64,000 nucleotides of DNA, taken from positions 6,522 through 70,521 of the forward strand of contig VBDQ01000024.1 in assembly GCA_005889075.1 (NCBI GenBank), read 5' to 3'. Numbering within the stretch: the first letter of the stretch is position 1; each line of letters starts with the position of its first letter. Of the stretch, positions 18,600 to 29,105 are shown one piece after another. The notes under the pieces were generated by a model. That model worked only from the letters and a program-made list of their open reading frames with translations, was not told where the DNA came from and did not search any database. This DNA is from Chloroflexota bacterium. GTDB lineage: Bacteria > Chloroflexota > Limnocylindria > P2-11E. The position numbers and the translations under genes are program-made.

Positions 18600-19772
18600 G
18601 TGGGTTCCGGCGAGGCGAAGACACGTATCGCCCAGGGCGTCGACGCGCGCGCGGGCGAGCTCGACCGGCTGGCCCTCGAGATCCACGCACATCCCGAGCT
18701 GGCGTTCGAGGAGCGTTATGCATCCGACGCGCTTTGCGCCTACCTCGAGCGGGAGCAGGCGATGGTGCGGCGGCACGCGGGTGGCCTCGAGACGGCCTTC
18801 GTCGCCGAGGCAGGCAATGGCGGCGACCTCGTGGCGATCCTCGGGGAATATGACGCCCTCCCCGGTCTCGGCCACGGCTGCGGCCACAACCTCATCGGCG
18901 CGGCGGCGGTCGGGGCGTTCCTGGCCGCGCGGGACGCGCTCGACGGAACACGCGGTCGCGTCCGACTCATCGGCTGTCCGGCCGAGGAGAGCGGCAACGG
19001 AAAGGTCCGCCTTCTGAAGGCAGGCGTCTTCGCCGAGGTCGACGCCGCGCTCATGTTCCATCCGGGCGACCGGGACGAGATCGACCCAATGATGCTCGCC
19101 CTGGCGACGCTCGAGGTCACGTTCGTCGGGAAGGCCGCGCATGCCGCGGCGGAGCCGTATGAAGGTGTGAACGCTCTCGATGGGTTGCTTCTTGGGTGGA
19201 GCGCGATGTCGGCGCTGCGGTTGCTCGTGCGGAGCGACTCGCGCGCTCACGGGATCATCACCGACGGCGGAAAGGCGCCGAACATCATTCCGGACCGCGC
19301 TGCGGCGAGGCTCATGGTGCGTTCGCCCGACGAATCGTATCTCGCCGAGCTCCGAAAGAGAGTGCTCGCGTGCTTCGAAGGAGCGGCGCTCGCGACCGGC
19401 TGCGAGCTCCGCCACGAATGGAGCGACCTGTGCGACCTGGTGAAGACGAACCGACCTCTCGCCGACGCGTTCGCGCAGAACGCGCAGTCCCTCGGACGGA
19501 CGCTGCATCCGCGGCGCCCGTCCGACACCCACGGGTCCACCGACATGGGGAACGTCACGACGGCGCTGCCTGGCATCCATCCGTATCTCGCGATCTGCGA
19601 GGAGCCGGTACCCTCGCACTCCGTCGCGTTCGCTGCGGCTGCGAAAACGCCGTCGGCCCTCGCGACGATGCGGCTCGCCGCAAAGGCGCTGGCGATGACC
19701 GCGTTCGACGTGCTCGCGGACCCCGCGATGGCCAAGCGCGCGAAGGAGGCACACGACGGACGCAGGAGCTGA
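18600..19772 (+). CDS. M20 family amidohydrolase/metallopeptidase (AbgB-like)
   Basis: In-frame GTG at 18600, 12 nt after the preceding stop. HAHPELAFEE and GEYDALPGLGHGCGHNLIG motifs. Confidence 0.8.
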   Translation: MGSGEAKTRIAQGVDARAGELDRLALEIHAHPELAFEERYASDALCAYLEREQAMVRRHAGGLETAFVAEAGNGGDLVAILGEYDALPGLGHGCGHNLIGAAAVGAFLAARDALDGTRGRVRLIGCPAEESGNGKVRLLKAGVFAEVDAALMFHPGDRDEIDPMMLALATLEVTFVGKAAHAAAEPYEGVNALDGLLLGWSAMSALRLLVRSDSRAHGIITDGGKAPNIIPDRAAARLMVRSPDESYLAELRKRVLACFEGAALATGCELRHEWSDLCDLVKTNRPLADAFAQNAQSLGRTLHPRRPSDTHGSTDMGNVTTALPGIHPYLAICEEPVPSHSVAFAAAAKTPSALATMRLAAKALAMTAFDVLADPAMAKRAKEAHDGRRS

Positions 19773-19995
19773 TTGGCAGGGCGCCGACCGCCGCCCCGAA
19801 GACGCAGCACGTCTGGCCGCGCTCTACGACCTCGACAGCGCCCCGCTGGAAGGGTCTGCGGACGTCGAATGGTTCGGCGGGCTCGCCCGGCGCACGGGCG
19901 GGCCGATCCTCGAGCTCGGTTGCGGGACCGGCCGCATCGCGGTTCCGCTGGCGCAGGACGGGCACCAGGTCGTCGGTCTCGATCGGTCGCAGGCC

Positions 19996-20580
19996 ATGCT
20001 CGAACGCGCCGAACGGAGGGCGCGGCGTGCCAATGTTGAGGTGCGGTGGGTCGAAGGCGACATGCGCGCGTTCTCGTTCGACGAGTCTTTCGCACTCATC
20101 TTCATCGCCGCCAACACGTTCCTGATGCTCAAGCCCGACGACCGCTGGGCGTGCCTCGCGCGCGTTCGCGAGCATCTCGCCCCGCGCGGCAGATTCGCGA
20201 TCGACGTCTTCCAGCCTGACCCGAATCTCATCGCGGGCATGGAAGGCGGCGTCATCGATGAGTGGGAGCGCGAAGATCCCGAGACCGGCCGGCTCGTGCG
20301 CAAATTCTCGTCGACGCGCGCGAACGTGGACGGCGTCACGCAGCGGATCTGGTTCGAGGAGATCGGCGACGATGGCACGGTGCGCCGCGTCGGCGGCACG
20401 ACGACGCTCCACTACCTCTGGCGGCGCGAGACCGAGCTCCTGTTCAGCGAGGCCGGGTTCAAGGTCGAGAGCCTTCACGGCGACTACGACGGCGGCCCAG
20501 TGGACGCCGCCTCGCGCAAGCTGCTCGCCGTCGGCAAGCGCAAAGAGCGGGGGACCGGGAGGGAGCGCCGCCGCACGTGA
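19996..20580 (+). CDS. class I SAM-dependent methyltransferase (canonical-start version; homology continues upstream)
   Basis: 194-aa ORF. The SAM-binding motif ILELGCGTGRIAVPLA is encoded upstream in the same open frame (about 19900-19950), where no ATG/GTG/TTG exists. See findings. Confidence 0.7.
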   Translation: MLERAERRARRANVEVRWVEGDMRAFSFDESFALIFIAANTFLMLKPDDRWACLARVREHLAPRGRFAIDVFQPDPNLIAGMEGGVIDEWEREDPETGRLVRKFSSTRANVDGVTQRIWFEEIGDDGTVRRVGGTTTLHYLWRRETELLFSEAGFKVESLHGDYDGGPVDAASRKLLAVGKRKERGTGRERRRT

Positions 20581-22163
20581 GCGCCGACCTGCTCATGCGG
20601 GGCGGCACGGTCGTCGACGGCACGGGTGCACCCGAGCGCCGCGCCGACGTGCTGGTGCGCGATGGACGGATCGCGGCGGTCGGACGTGACCTCGCGGCCG
20701 ACGGCGCGCGGGTCATCGACGCCGCCGGACACGTGGTCGCGCCCGGCTTCATCGACATCCACTCGCACTCGGACGAGGCGATGTTCGTCAACGACGCCCT
20801 GGAGAGCGCGCTGCACATGGGAGTCACCCTGGTGGTGTGCGGGAACTGCGGCGGGTCGAGCGCGCCCGTGAGCGGCCTCGCCGAGGCCGAGCTCGATCGC
20901 GAGCTGGCGCGTCTCGCCGTGAAGCGGACCTGGTCGTCGTTTGGGGAGTACGCGGACGCTGTGGATCGCGTCAAACCCGCGATCAACGTGTGCTCGTTCG
21001 TCGGGCACGGCACGCTGCGCTCGTGCGTGATGGGAGCCGAGGCGCGCCCACCGACCGCAGAGGAGCTGGACCGGATGCGCACGCTCCTCGGACGTTCGAT
21101 GGACGAGGGTGCGATCGGCCTTGCCTCCGGGCTCATCTACCCGCCGAGCGCCTTCGCCGACACGGCGGAGCTTGCCTCACTCGGCAAAGTCGTGAAGGAA
21201 AAGGGCGGTCTCTATGCCAGCCACATCCGCAACGAGTCGACGAAGCTGCTCGAAGCCGTCGGGGAGAACATCGAGATCGGCCGGCGGTCTGGGGTGCGCG
21301 TCGAGCTCTCGCACCACAAGGCCGCGGGGCAGAAGAACTGGGGCCGCGTACGCGAGTCCACCGCGCTCATCGACGAGGCGCGTGGGTCAGGCGTCGACGT
21401 TACGGCCGATCAGTACCCGTACACGGCGTCGTCGACGGGCCTCGCGGTAACGATCCCGAACTGGGTGCACGAAGGCGGGACCGCCAGGATGTGCGAACGC
21501 CTCGCTGATCCTGCGGTGCGCGAGCGGATCCGCGGCGAAGAGGTCGAGACCGGCAGGGCCTGGGACCGCATCGTGATCGCGCGCGCTCGCCAGCATCCCG
21601 AATGGGCCGGGAAGAGCGTCGCCGACCTCGCGCGTTCCGCGGGACGCGACCCCCTCGAGTGGACCGCAGACGCGCTCATCGAGCACGAGGGGGCGGTCGA
21701 CATCGTTCACCACTCCATGAACGAGGACGACGTGCGTTATGTCATGGCGAAGCGCTGGGTCGCCATCGGAAGCGACTCGCGTGCGAACGCGCCCTACGGC
21801 CCGCTCTCGTTCGGCAAACCGCATCCGCGCTCCTACGGCACATTCGCGCGCGTGCTCGGAAAGTACGTGCGCGAGGAGAGGGTGCTCACGCTCGTCGACG
21901 CGGTCCGCAAGATGACCGGCCTGACTGCCTCGCGGCTCCGCCTTCGCGATCGCGGCATCGTCCGCGAAGGTGCGAGAGCGGACCTCGTCGTGTTCGATCC
22001 AGCGACGATCGTCGATACGGCGACGTACGACGATCCGCATCGCTATCCGGTCGGCATCGAGCAGGTCATCGTCAACGGCGCCGTTGCCCTCGATCGGGGC
22101 GAGACGACGCGCGAACGCGCCGGGCGGTTCCTCCGCCACGGCCGCGATCTAGGAGGTCGGTGA
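20577..22163 (+). CDS. D-aminoacylase (N-acyl-D-amino-acid deacylase) family amidohydrolase
   Basis: GTG at 20577 (GTGA overlap). GGTVVDGTG...DGRIAAVG...[12 protein letters not shown] is typical of the family. Confidence 0.85.
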   Translation: MSADLLMRGGTVVDGTGAPERRADVLVRDGRIAAVGRDLAADGARVIDAAGHVVAPGFIDIHSHSDEAMFVNDALESALHMGVTLVVCGNCGGSSAPVSGLAEAELDRELARLAVKRTWSSFGEYADAVDRVKPAINVCSFVGHGTLRSCVMGAEARPPTAEELDRMRTLLGRSMDEGAIGLASGLIYPPSAFADTAELASLGKVVKEKGGLYASHIRNESTKLLEAVGENIEIGRRSGVRVELSHHKAAGQKNWGRVRESTALIDEARGSGVDVTADQYPYTASSTGLAVTIPNWVHEGGTARMCERLADPAVRERIRGEEVETGRAWDRIVIARARQHPEWAGKSVADLARSAGRDPLEWTADALIEHEGAVDIVHHSMNEDDVRYVMAKRWVAIGSDSRANAPYGPLSFGKPHPRSYGTFARVLGKYVREERVLTLVDAVRKMTGLTASRLRLRDRGIVREGARADLVVFDPATIVDTATYDDPHRYPVGIEQVIVNGAVALDRGETTRERAGRFLRHGRDLGGR

Positions 22164-23251
22164 ACCGGGGGCTGGGGGGCAAAGCCCCCCAAGTCGCGAT
22201 CCTGGCGGAGGGGCAGTTCGCGCCGGCCACGGCCAAGACCGCGATCGGCGTCCTGCGCTACGCGCCATATCCCGTCGTCGCGGTCGTCGACTCGACGAAG
22301 GCAGGGACCGATGCGGCGCGACACGTTGGCATCGGCGCCGGCGTGCCTGTGGTCGCGACCGTCGACGACGCGGTCGCGCTCGGCGCCGACGTCCTGCTCA
22401 TCGGGACCGCGGCCGCGGGCGGGCGCATCGCGGATTCGTACCGGCCATTTATCGCGCGGGCGCTCGAGCGGGGGTTGGCGGTATGGAACGGGCTGCACGA
22501 GCGCGTCCTCTCGGATCCGCACCTCGCGGAGGCCGCGAAGCGCGGCGGCGGCACGGTGCGTGAGCTCCGCGAGCCTCCGTCCGACCTTCCGATCGGCGGC
22601 CACCGTCGGCACCGCGATGGTGCGCGGGTCGTGCTCACCGTCGGAAGCGATGCGGCGGTCGGGAAGATGACCGCGTCGCTCGAGATCGTTCGCGCTCTGG
22701 AACGCGCCGGCGAGCGAGCGGCCTTCGTTGCGACGGGCCAGACCGGCATCGCGATCGCAGGCGAGGGCATCAGCGTCGACGCGGTCGTCGCCGACTTCGT
22801 TGCCGGCGCCACCGAGCGGATGGTGTGCGACGCCGCCGAGCGTGCCGACTGGGTCATCGTCGAAGGCCAGGGATCCTTGACCCATCCGGGGTTCTCTGGC
22901 GTGACGCTCGGGCTACTCCACGGGGCCGGGCCGGACGCCATGGTGCTGTGCCACGCGGCGTTCAGGCAGACCATGAAAGGTTATGAGCGCGAAGGCCTGC
23001 CCGTGCGCGATCTTCGCGATCTCGTGCGCATCTATGAGGACGCCGCGGAGTGGCGGCGGCCGCCGGGGTACCCGCGGGCGCGCGTGGTGGCGATCGCCCT
23101 CAATACGATCGGCATGAGTCCCGAGCATGCGCGCTCCGAAATCGGCGGCGCGACCCATGCGACCAAGCTTCCGGCCGCCGATCCGATCCGCGAAGGTGTC
23201 GCAGGGGCCGATCGTCTTGCGGAGGCGATCCGCGGCGCTGTCCCCGCGTGA
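22160..23251 (+). CDS. DUF1611 domain protein (DgcN-like)
   Basis: GTG at 22160 (GTGA overlap), the only canonical start before the conserved AILAEG...KTA.G.LRY N-terminus. P-loop-like [10 protein letters not shown]. Confidence 0.8.
   Translation: MNRGLGGKAPQVAILAEGQFAPATAKTAIGVLRYAPYPVVAVVDSTKAGTDAARHVGIGAGVPVVATVDDAVALGADVLLIGTAAAGGRIADSYRPFIARALERGLAVWNGLHERVLSDPHLAEAAKRGGGTVRELREPPSDLPIGGHRRHRDGARVVLTVGSDAAVGKMTASLEIVRALERAGERAAFVATGQTGIAIAGEGISVDAVVADFVAGATERMVCDAAERADWVIVEGQGSLTHPGFSGVTLGLLHGAGPDAMVLCHAAFRQTMKGYEREGLPVRDLRDLVRIYEDAAEWRRPPGYPRARVVAIALNTIGMSPEHARSEIGGATHATKLPAADPIREGVAGADRLAEAIRGAVPA
22167..22193 (+). repeat. G/C hairpin repeat element, copy C
   Basis: GGGGGCTGGGGGGCAAAGCCCCCCAAG, 7 nt downstream of the GTG at 22160. 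Confidence 0.8.
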
Positions 23252-24267
23252 ACGCCACCATCCGCACGGTCGAGCTCCATCTCGCTGTTCCCTTCGAGAT
23301 ATCGCGGGCAAAGCACACATCGAAGAAGGTCGTGCTCGTCGAGCTCAAGGAGGGGGACCGCATCTCGCGCGGAGAAGGCGTGCCCGATGCGTTCTTCGGC
23401 GAAACCGCCGAGTCGGTCGAGCGCGACATCCGTGATGCGCTTTCGCTGCTGCCGGAAGACCCCGAGGACATCGCTTCTCTCGGAGCGCGCCTCGACGAGC
23501 GTTTCCCCCATGGCGGTGCGGCGTGCTGCGCGATCGACATCCTGGCGCACGACCGCGCGTCGCTCGCCGCGGGGGTGCCGCTGCGCAACCTTCTCGGCCT
23601 CGCGCCGGCGGAGCCGCCGCCGACGTCGTTCACGGTCGGGATCGACGAGCCCGAGCTCATGGCGGGTCGGGCGGCGAACGCCGCCGTGATGGGCTTCGCG
23701 ATCCTGAAGGTCAAGCTGGGACGAGGTGACGACGTCGCGATCCTCCGCGCGATACGCGAACGCTTCACGGGGACCATCCGTGTGGATCCGAACGCGGCCT
23801 GGGGCGCGGACGAAGCACCTGAGCGCATCGCGCGGCTCGTTCCGTTCGGCATCGAGTTCGTGGAGCAACCGATCGCGCCGGAGGACCTCGATGGCCTTCG
23901 GCGTGTGCGCGAGCGCTCCGAGCTTCCGATCGTGGTCGACGAAGCGGCCGTCCGCGCGAGCGACGTGCCGAAGCTCGCGGACCGGTGCGACGGCATCAAC
24001 GTGAAGCTCCAGAAATGCGGCGGCGTCCTCGCGGCTCGCGCGATGATCGAGGCCGCCCACGACCGCGGGCTCAAGGTGATGCTCGGCTGCCGCGCGGCGG
24101 AGACGAGCGTCGCGATCGCGGCCGCCGCGCACCTCGCGCCCGCCGTCGACTGGTGTGACCTCGACGGAAATCTCCTCATCACCGACGACCCGTTCCGCGC
24201 GGTCACGGTCAAGCGCGGACGATTTGTCTTCCCATCTCGTCCAGGTCTCGGCGCGATCCCCGCGTGA
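23248..24267 (+). CDS. dipeptide epimerase (enolase superfamily, L-Ala-D/L-Glu epimerase-like)
   Basis: GTG at 23248 (GTGA overlap). KVKLG, EQP and other MLE-subgroup-like metal/acid-base motifs. Confidence 0.8.
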   Translation: MNATIRTVELHLAVPFEISRAKHTSKKVVLVELKEGDRISRGEGVPDAFFGETAESVERDIRDALSLLPEDPEDIASLGARLDERFPHGGAACCAIDILAHDRASLAAGVPLRNLLGLAPAEPPPTSFTVGIDEPELMAGRAANAAVMGFAILKVKLGRGDDVAILRAIRERFTGTIRVDPNAAWGADEAPERIARLVPFGIEFVEQPIAPEDLDGLRRVRERSELPIVVDEAAVRASDVPKLADRCDGINVKLQKCGGVLAARAMIEAAHDRGLKVMLGCRAAETSVAIAAAAHLAPAVDWCDLDGNLLITDDPFRAVTVKRGRFVFPSRPGLGAIPA

Positions 24268-24968
24268 GATCGCATCGTGTCGATGTCGCGGTGTTCGCCA
24301 TCGCCCTCGCGATCGTCGGGCTCGTCGCACTCGCGCTCGTGTGGAGCGGCGATTGGGCCTATGCGGCGCTCGCGAAGGCGGCTGGTGGCACGAGCACGAC
24401 GATTCTCGTCCCGCGCCAGCCGGACGGCTCCCGCGTCGAAGCAACGGCCAACATCGACACGTGGATCGGTTGGCATCACGCGTGGGCGTCGTACGTGATC
24501 GGCGCCGCAGCGAACCCGCCGATCGCGTATGGCACGGGACCGATCTTCACTTCCGACGAGTACGCGCACATGGCCGACGTTCGCTCGGTCTTTCGAGGCG
24601 CCGAGACGGTCGCGGTCCTCGCCCTCGGCATCGTCGCCTTTCGCCTGACCCGTGCGCGCGGGCAACGGAGGGCAACGATGCTCGTTCGGGACGCGAGTCT
24701 CGCCGCCGCGGGGATCGTTCTGATCGTTGGCATCGCTGCGGCGCTGGCGTTCGATCCGCTGTTCCTCCTCTTCCACGAGATCTTCTTTCCGCAGGGGAAC
24801 TTCCTCTTCGATCCGGCTACGAGCAACCTGTTGCGCCTGTATCCGGAGTGGTACTGGCAGGGCATAACGGCGGGCGTCGGCGTGTCGTTCATCGGACTCG
24901 CGCTCATCGGCGCGGCGGCCTCGAACATGGCTCTGGGCCGAGCGGCCACATACACTCGCGCCGCATGA
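24264..24968 (+). CDS. integral membrane protein, TIGR01906/DUF1461-like
   Basis: 234 aa with 4-5 TM segments and an HEIFFPQGNFLFDP motif. GTGA overlap upstream. Confidence 0.6.
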   Translation: MRSHRVDVAVFAIALAIVGLVALALVWSGDWAYAALAKAAGGTSTTILVPRQPDGSRVEATANIDTWIGWHHAWASYVIGAAANPPIAYGTGPIFTSDEYAHMADVRSVFRGAETVAVLALGIVAFRLTRARGQRRATMLVRDASLAAAGIVLIVGIAAALAFDPLFLLFHEIFFPQGNFLFDPATSNLLRLYPEWYWQGITAGVGVSFIGLALIGAAASNMALGRAATYTRAA

Positions 24969-26071
24969 AACGAGTCCTGCTCATCGAGGACCTGCCGCAG
25001 GTCGCGCAGCACCTGCAGCAGATGCTCGCGCGCGAGAAGGAAGCCGAGCTCGTCGGCGCGGAAAAGGACCCGGACTCCGCGATGACGCGCATCACCACCG
25101 AGAAGCCCGATGTGGTGATGATCGATGCCTTGCTTCAGGGGAAGGTCACCGGGTTCGATCTCGCCAAGCGGATCCGGTCGGTATCGCCAGGGACGCGGAT
25201 CATCATCGTCACCGTCCCGCAGCGACCGGTCGATCCCAAGCCGGATCAGGGCGTCGACGCCGTGTTCGTCTTGCCGGGCGGCGCGATCGAGCTCGCGAAC
25301 GCGCTCGCGATCCCGCCGAAGGGCGCGATCCGTCCGAAGGGAAAGATGATCGTCTGCTACTCGCCGAAGGGCGGCTCGGGCAAGACGACGATCGCCGTGA
25401 ACCTCGCGACGATCCTTCGTCGCCGCGGCAGCTCCGTTGCGCTAATGGACGGCGTGATGCAATTCGGATCGCTCCGTTACGTGCTGCAGGTGCCCCCGTC
25501 GACGCGATCCATCGTCGATCTTCCGACGGGCCAAGGGATGAAGACGTCGCTCAGCGAAGTGCTCTGGGAGGGGCCTTCGGGCATCGCGGTGCTGCTCGGA
25601 CCGTCGCGGCCGGAGGAGGCCGACCTCATGGCCGCTCCCGACGTCGCCAACGCGATGACCATGCTCGCGCAGGATCACGATTACGTGGTCGTCGACGCGC
25701 CTTCGCGTCTCACCGACGACACCCTCGCGGTGCTCGACGCAGCCGACGTGATCCTGCTCATCGTCACGTACATGCAGGCTTCCGTCGCCAACACCAAGGC
25801 CGCGGTCGATACCTTCGAGGCCCTCGGTTACAAGGGGACGAAGCCGATCCTCCTCGTCGTGAACCAGTCCGACTCGATGGCGGGCATGTCGAAAGGCGGG
25901 ATCGAGCACACGCTGAATCTGCCGGTCGTCGCCGAGATCCCCACCGATTGGAAGACCGTCGCCGAGTCGCTCAACAAGCAACAGCCCTTCGTGCTTTCGA
26001 GCCCCAACTCGGCGGTCTCGAAGGCCATGGACTCGCTCGCGAACTCGCTCGTCACACAGCAGCGCCGTTAG
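24965..26071 (+). CDS. CpaE/TadZ-like protein: receiver domain fused to a MinD/ParA-type ATPase
   Basis: ATG at 24965 (ATGA overlap). N-terminal REC-like domain (LLIEDLP..., DVVMIDAL) followed by a deviant Walker A (SPKGGSGKTT). Confidence 0.75.
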   Translation: MKRVLLIEDLPQVAQHLQQMLAREKEAELVGAEKDPDSAMTRITTEKPDVVMIDALLQGKVTGFDLAKRIRSVSPGTRIIIVTVPQRPVDPKPDQGVDAVFVLPGGAIELANALAIPPKGAIRPKGKMIVCYSPKGGSGKTTIAVNLATILRRRGSSVALMDGVMQFGSLRYVLQVPPSTRSIVDLPTGQGMKTSLSEVLWEGPSGIAVLLGPSRPEEADLMAAPDVANAMTMLAQDHDYVVVDAPSRLTDDTLAVLDAADVILLIVTYMQASVANTKAAVDTFEALGYKGTKPILLVVNQSDSMAGMSKGGIEHTLNLPVVAEIPTDWKTVAESLNKQQPFVLSSPNSAVSKAMDSLANSLVTQQRR

Positions 26072-26084
26072 TGCACTAGCCGAC

Positions 26085-26912
26085 ATGCGCGCCGCCGACG
26101 CCGACCGGCCGATCGGCCTTTTCGACTCGGGCGTCGGAGGGCTTACGGTCCTCCGCGAGCTGCGCCGACAGCTTCCAGCGGAGTCCACGATCTATCTGGG
26201 CGACGAGGCGCGCATGCCCTACGGCCCCCGCGAGCCCGCGGAAGTGGTCGGCTTCACGCGCGAGGCGATGCGCTGGTTCGCCGGCCGCGATTGCAAGCTC
26301 GTGGTCATCGCCTGCAACACCGCCACTTCGGTGGCGCTCGAGGCGGTCCGTGACGAGAACGTCTTCCCGGTGATCGGCGTGGTACGCCCCGGAGCGGCCG
26401 CGGCGCTGACGGCGACGTCGCGGCGAGCGGTCGGCGTGCTCGCCACGGCGCTCACGGTGCGTTCGGGCGCGTACATCCGCGCGCTGCGCGATCTCGATCC
26501 GCTCGTTGACGTCGCTCAGCAGCCCTGCCCGAAGCTGGTGCCGCTCGTCGAGGCCGGCAAGGCCGGGAGCCCCGAGGCGCTAGCGGCCGTGCGCGAGTAC
26601 GTCGGACCATTGCTCACCGAGGGCGGCGTGGTCCGGCCGGTCGTCGACACGGTCCTCCTCGGCTGCACCCACTATCCCTTGCTCCGCCGGGAGATCGAGC
26701 GGGTGGCCGGCCGCGACGTACGCGTCGTCGACTCGGCCACGACGACCGCACTTGCGGTCCGCGAGGTCCTCGCATCGCACCGACTCACCCGAGCCGGCGG
26801 CACCGCGGTGCATGAGGTGTTCGCGACCGGTCCCGCGGAGCGCTTCCGCGAGATCGCCCGTGCGATCTTCAAGGAGGACCCGCCCGACGTGCGCGAGACG
26901 CGGCTCCCGTGA
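26085..26912 (+). CDS. murI: glutamate racemase
   Basis: GLFDSGVGGLTVL, IACNTA and GCTHYP motifs. Confidence 0.9.
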   Translation: MRAADADRPIGLFDSGVGGLTVLRELRRQLPAESTIYLGDEARMPYGPREPAEVVGFTREAMRWFAGRDCKLVVIACNTATSVALEAVRDENVFPVIGVVRPGAAAALTATSRRAVGVLATALTVRSGAYIRALRDLDPLVDVAQQPCPKLVPLVEAGKAGSPEALAAVREYVGPLLTEGGVVRPVVDTVLLGCTHYPLLRREIERVAGRDVRVVDSATTTALAVREVLASHRLTRAGGTAVHEVFATGPAERFREIARAIFKEDPPDVRETRLP

Positions 26913-28015
26913 ACGTCGTCTCGGCGATCACGGGGCTGCCGTACGTTGGGAAGACCACCCTCTTCAACCTGCTCACCGGCGGACATGCCAAGACGGGATC
27001 GTTCTCCGGCGCGGAGGCCGAGACGAACGTCGGCATCGCGAAGGTGCCCGACCACCGCGTCGACGAGCTCGCCGCGCTCTTCAAGCCGAAGAAGACCACG
27101 CACGCCGAGGTGCTGTACCGCGACCTGGGTCTCGCGCACGCGAAAGAACCGGGGCAAGGCATCTCTCCGCAGAAGCTCGGCGATCTCCGCACCGCCGACG
27201 CGATCGTCCACGTCGTGCGGGCCTTCCGCGATCCCAGCGTTCCGCACGTCGACGGCTCCATCGATCCGGTGCGGGACCTCGCCAGCGTCGAGCTCGAGCT
27301 GCTCTTCGCGGATCACGGGGTCGTCGAGCGCCGCCTCGAGCGCATCGAGCCGGAGCTCCGCGCGGCGAAGGGTCTCGAGCGAGAGACGAAGGAGCGCGAG
27401 AAGGCGGTCCTCGCGAAGGCGGGCGCCGCGCTCGCCAGCGAGCGGCCGCTACGCGACGTCGACTTCGACGCGGACGAGCGCAAGACCATGCGCGGCTTCC
27501 GTTTCCTGACCCTGATGCCCACGCTCGCCGTGGTGAACCTCGACGAGGTCGACGTCGCCTCGCCCGACGCCATCCTCGCGCCGGTGCGCAAGGCCGCGTC
27601 GGCGCATCGCGCGACGAGCGTCATCCCTGTTTGCGCGAAGATCGAAGCGGAGATGGCGGAGCTCTCAGACGAGGAAGCCGCGGAGTTCCGCGCCGAGCTC
27701 GGTCTCGTCGAATCCGCCCTCGAGAGGCTCGTCCGCGCGACCTACGAGCTGCTCGGACTCTGCTCGTTCTTCACGACCGGCGAGGACGAGGTCCGTGCCT
27801 GGACAACCCCTTGCGGGACGCCGGCGCAGCAGGCCGCAGGCGCGATCCACTCCGATCTCGAGCGCGGCTTCATCCGGGCCGAGGTCATCAAATGGGACGA
27901 GCTGCTCAAGGCGGGGTCGGAGGCGAACGCGAAGAAGCTCGGGATCATGCGGACCGAGGGGAAAACCTACGCGGTGCAGGACGGCGAGGTATTTCACGTG
28001 CTCTTCAACGTCTGA
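26909..28015 (+). CDS. ychF: redox-regulated ATPase YchF
   Basis: GLPYVGKTTLFNLLT G1 motif and a C-terminal TGS-like end (GKTYAVQDGEVFHVLFNV). Confidence 0.9.
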   Translation: MNVVSAITGLPYVGKTTLFNLLTGGHAKTGSFSGAEAETNVGIAKVPDHRVDELAALFKPKKTTHAEVLYRDLGLAHAKEPGQGISPQKLGDLRTADAIVHVVRAFRDPSVPHVDGSIDPVRDLASVELELLFADHGVVERRLERIEPELRAAKGLERETKEREKAVLAKAGAALASERPLRDVDFDADERKTMRGFRFLTLMPTLAVVNLDEVDVASPDAILAPVRKAASAHRATSVIPVCAKIEAEMAELSDEEAAEFRAELGLVESALERLVRATYELLGLCSFFTTGEDEVRAWTTPCGTPAQQAAGAIHSDLERGFIRAEVIKWDELLKAGSEANAKKLGIMRTEGKTYAVQDGEVFHVLFNV

Positions 28016-28890
28016 TGTTCGACCTGGTCACGATCGGTCATGCGGCGCGCGACGAGTTCGAGGGCGAGGACGACTGGCGCATCGGCGGGACGGCCGTGTA
28101 CGCGGCCGCAGCCGCCGCGCGGCTCGGCGATCGCGTCGCGCTCCTTACGCGCGCCGGACCGAACGAGCGCGAGCGACTGGCAGCACGGTGCCGCGAGCTG
28201 GGCATCGAGTTCCATCCGCTCGACAGCGCCGTGACCACCACGTTCGCCTTCCGCTACGTTGACGGCAGGCGGCGTCTTCGCTTGAAGGCGCGCGCCAAGG
28301 CGATCTCCGCGGCGGACGTGAGTGCGACCCTGCGAGAAACACGCGCAGTCGTCTTCGCCTCCATCGCGCACGAGCTCGAGCCCTCGCTCTTCGCGCTCTA
28401 CGGCGATGTGCCGCGCGTGATGGCCGCGCAGGGCTACCTGCGGACGTGGGAGGCCGACGGGTCGATCCACCGTCGCGAGTGGGAAGAAGCGCACACGATT
28501 CTCGCGCGCGTGACCGTCGCGGTGGTGAGCGAGGAGGACATCGACTCCGACATCGACCTCGCCCGCGACTGGGCGCGCACCGCCCCGGTCATCGTCACCG
28601 TCGCAGAGCGCGGAGCCTTGGTCCTACGCGACCGGCGGGAGGTCCTCATAGCCGGTTTCCCGGCTGATCGCGTGGTGGATCCGACGGGCGCCGGCGACGC
28701 GTTCTGCGCGGGTCTCGCACTGGCACTTGCCGACGGCGGCGTGCTCGAGGAGGCCGCCCGCTTCGCCAACGCCGTCGCGTCGTTCGCGGTCGAGGACGTC
28801 GGCGTCGCTGGACTTGCCACCAGGGATCGCGTGCAGGCACGGATGGTCGCTCATTCGTCCTCCTCGCCGTCCTCAGGGCGCAGCGCATAG
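28015..28890 (+). CDS. PfkB family carbohydrate kinase
   Basis: ATG at 28015 (TGATG junction). The C-terminal DPTGAGDAF motif is present. The upstream part of the 712-aa ORF is an Arg-rich shadow frame across ychF. Confidence 0.75.
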   Translation: MFDLVTIGHAARDEFEGEDDWRIGGTAVYAAAAAARLGDRVALLTRAGPNERERLAARCRELGIEFHPLDSAVTTTFAFRYVDGRRRLRLKARAKAISAADVSATLRETRAVVFASIAHELEPSLFALYGDVPRVMAAQGYLRTWEADGSIHRREWEEAHTILARVTVAVVSEEDIDSDIDLARDWARTAPVIVTVAERGALVLRDRREVLIAGFPADRVVDPTGAGDAFCAGLALALADGGVLEEAARFANAVASFAVEDVGVAGLATRDRVQARMVAHSSSSPSSGRSA

Positions 28891-29105
28891 CCGAGGTCGT
28901 GCTGGATCGGGTCGCGTAGCACGTAACCCGCGGCCGCAAGGTCTTCGATCTCGTCGGCGTACTCGCGGAACATGAGCGCTGCCTCGGGGAGAGTGCGTGC
29001 GCCATCGATCGCCCATGCGCCACGAAATGTGACGCTGCCGCAGTCCGGGCACTCCTCCATGGCCCCGTGGGGAGAACGCTCGTCCGATCGCGAACGAGCG
29101 CTCAC
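28851..29105 (-). CDS. small acidic hypothetical protein (paralogue of the next gene)
   Basis: 84 aa with a GTGA overlap to the upstream paralogue. The core W.IDGA.TL.EAA..FRE.ADE...LA..G is shared. Confidence 0.45.
   Translation of the reverse strand: MSARSRSDERSPHGAMEECPDCGSVTFRGAWAIDGARTLPEAALMFREYADEIEDLAAAGYVLRDPIQHDLGYALRPEDGEEDE

Noticed and set aside
26752-28014. The 5' two-thirds of the 712-aa ORF 26752-28890 (and similar long N-terminal extensions of 779-2695, 2361-3986, 15773-17542, 16703-18214, 20262-22163, 21602-23251, 24155-26071).
   Set aside because: The extensions overlap well-supported genes in other frames and are Arg-rich nonsense. Recognisable homology begins at internal starts placed at stop/start overlaps.
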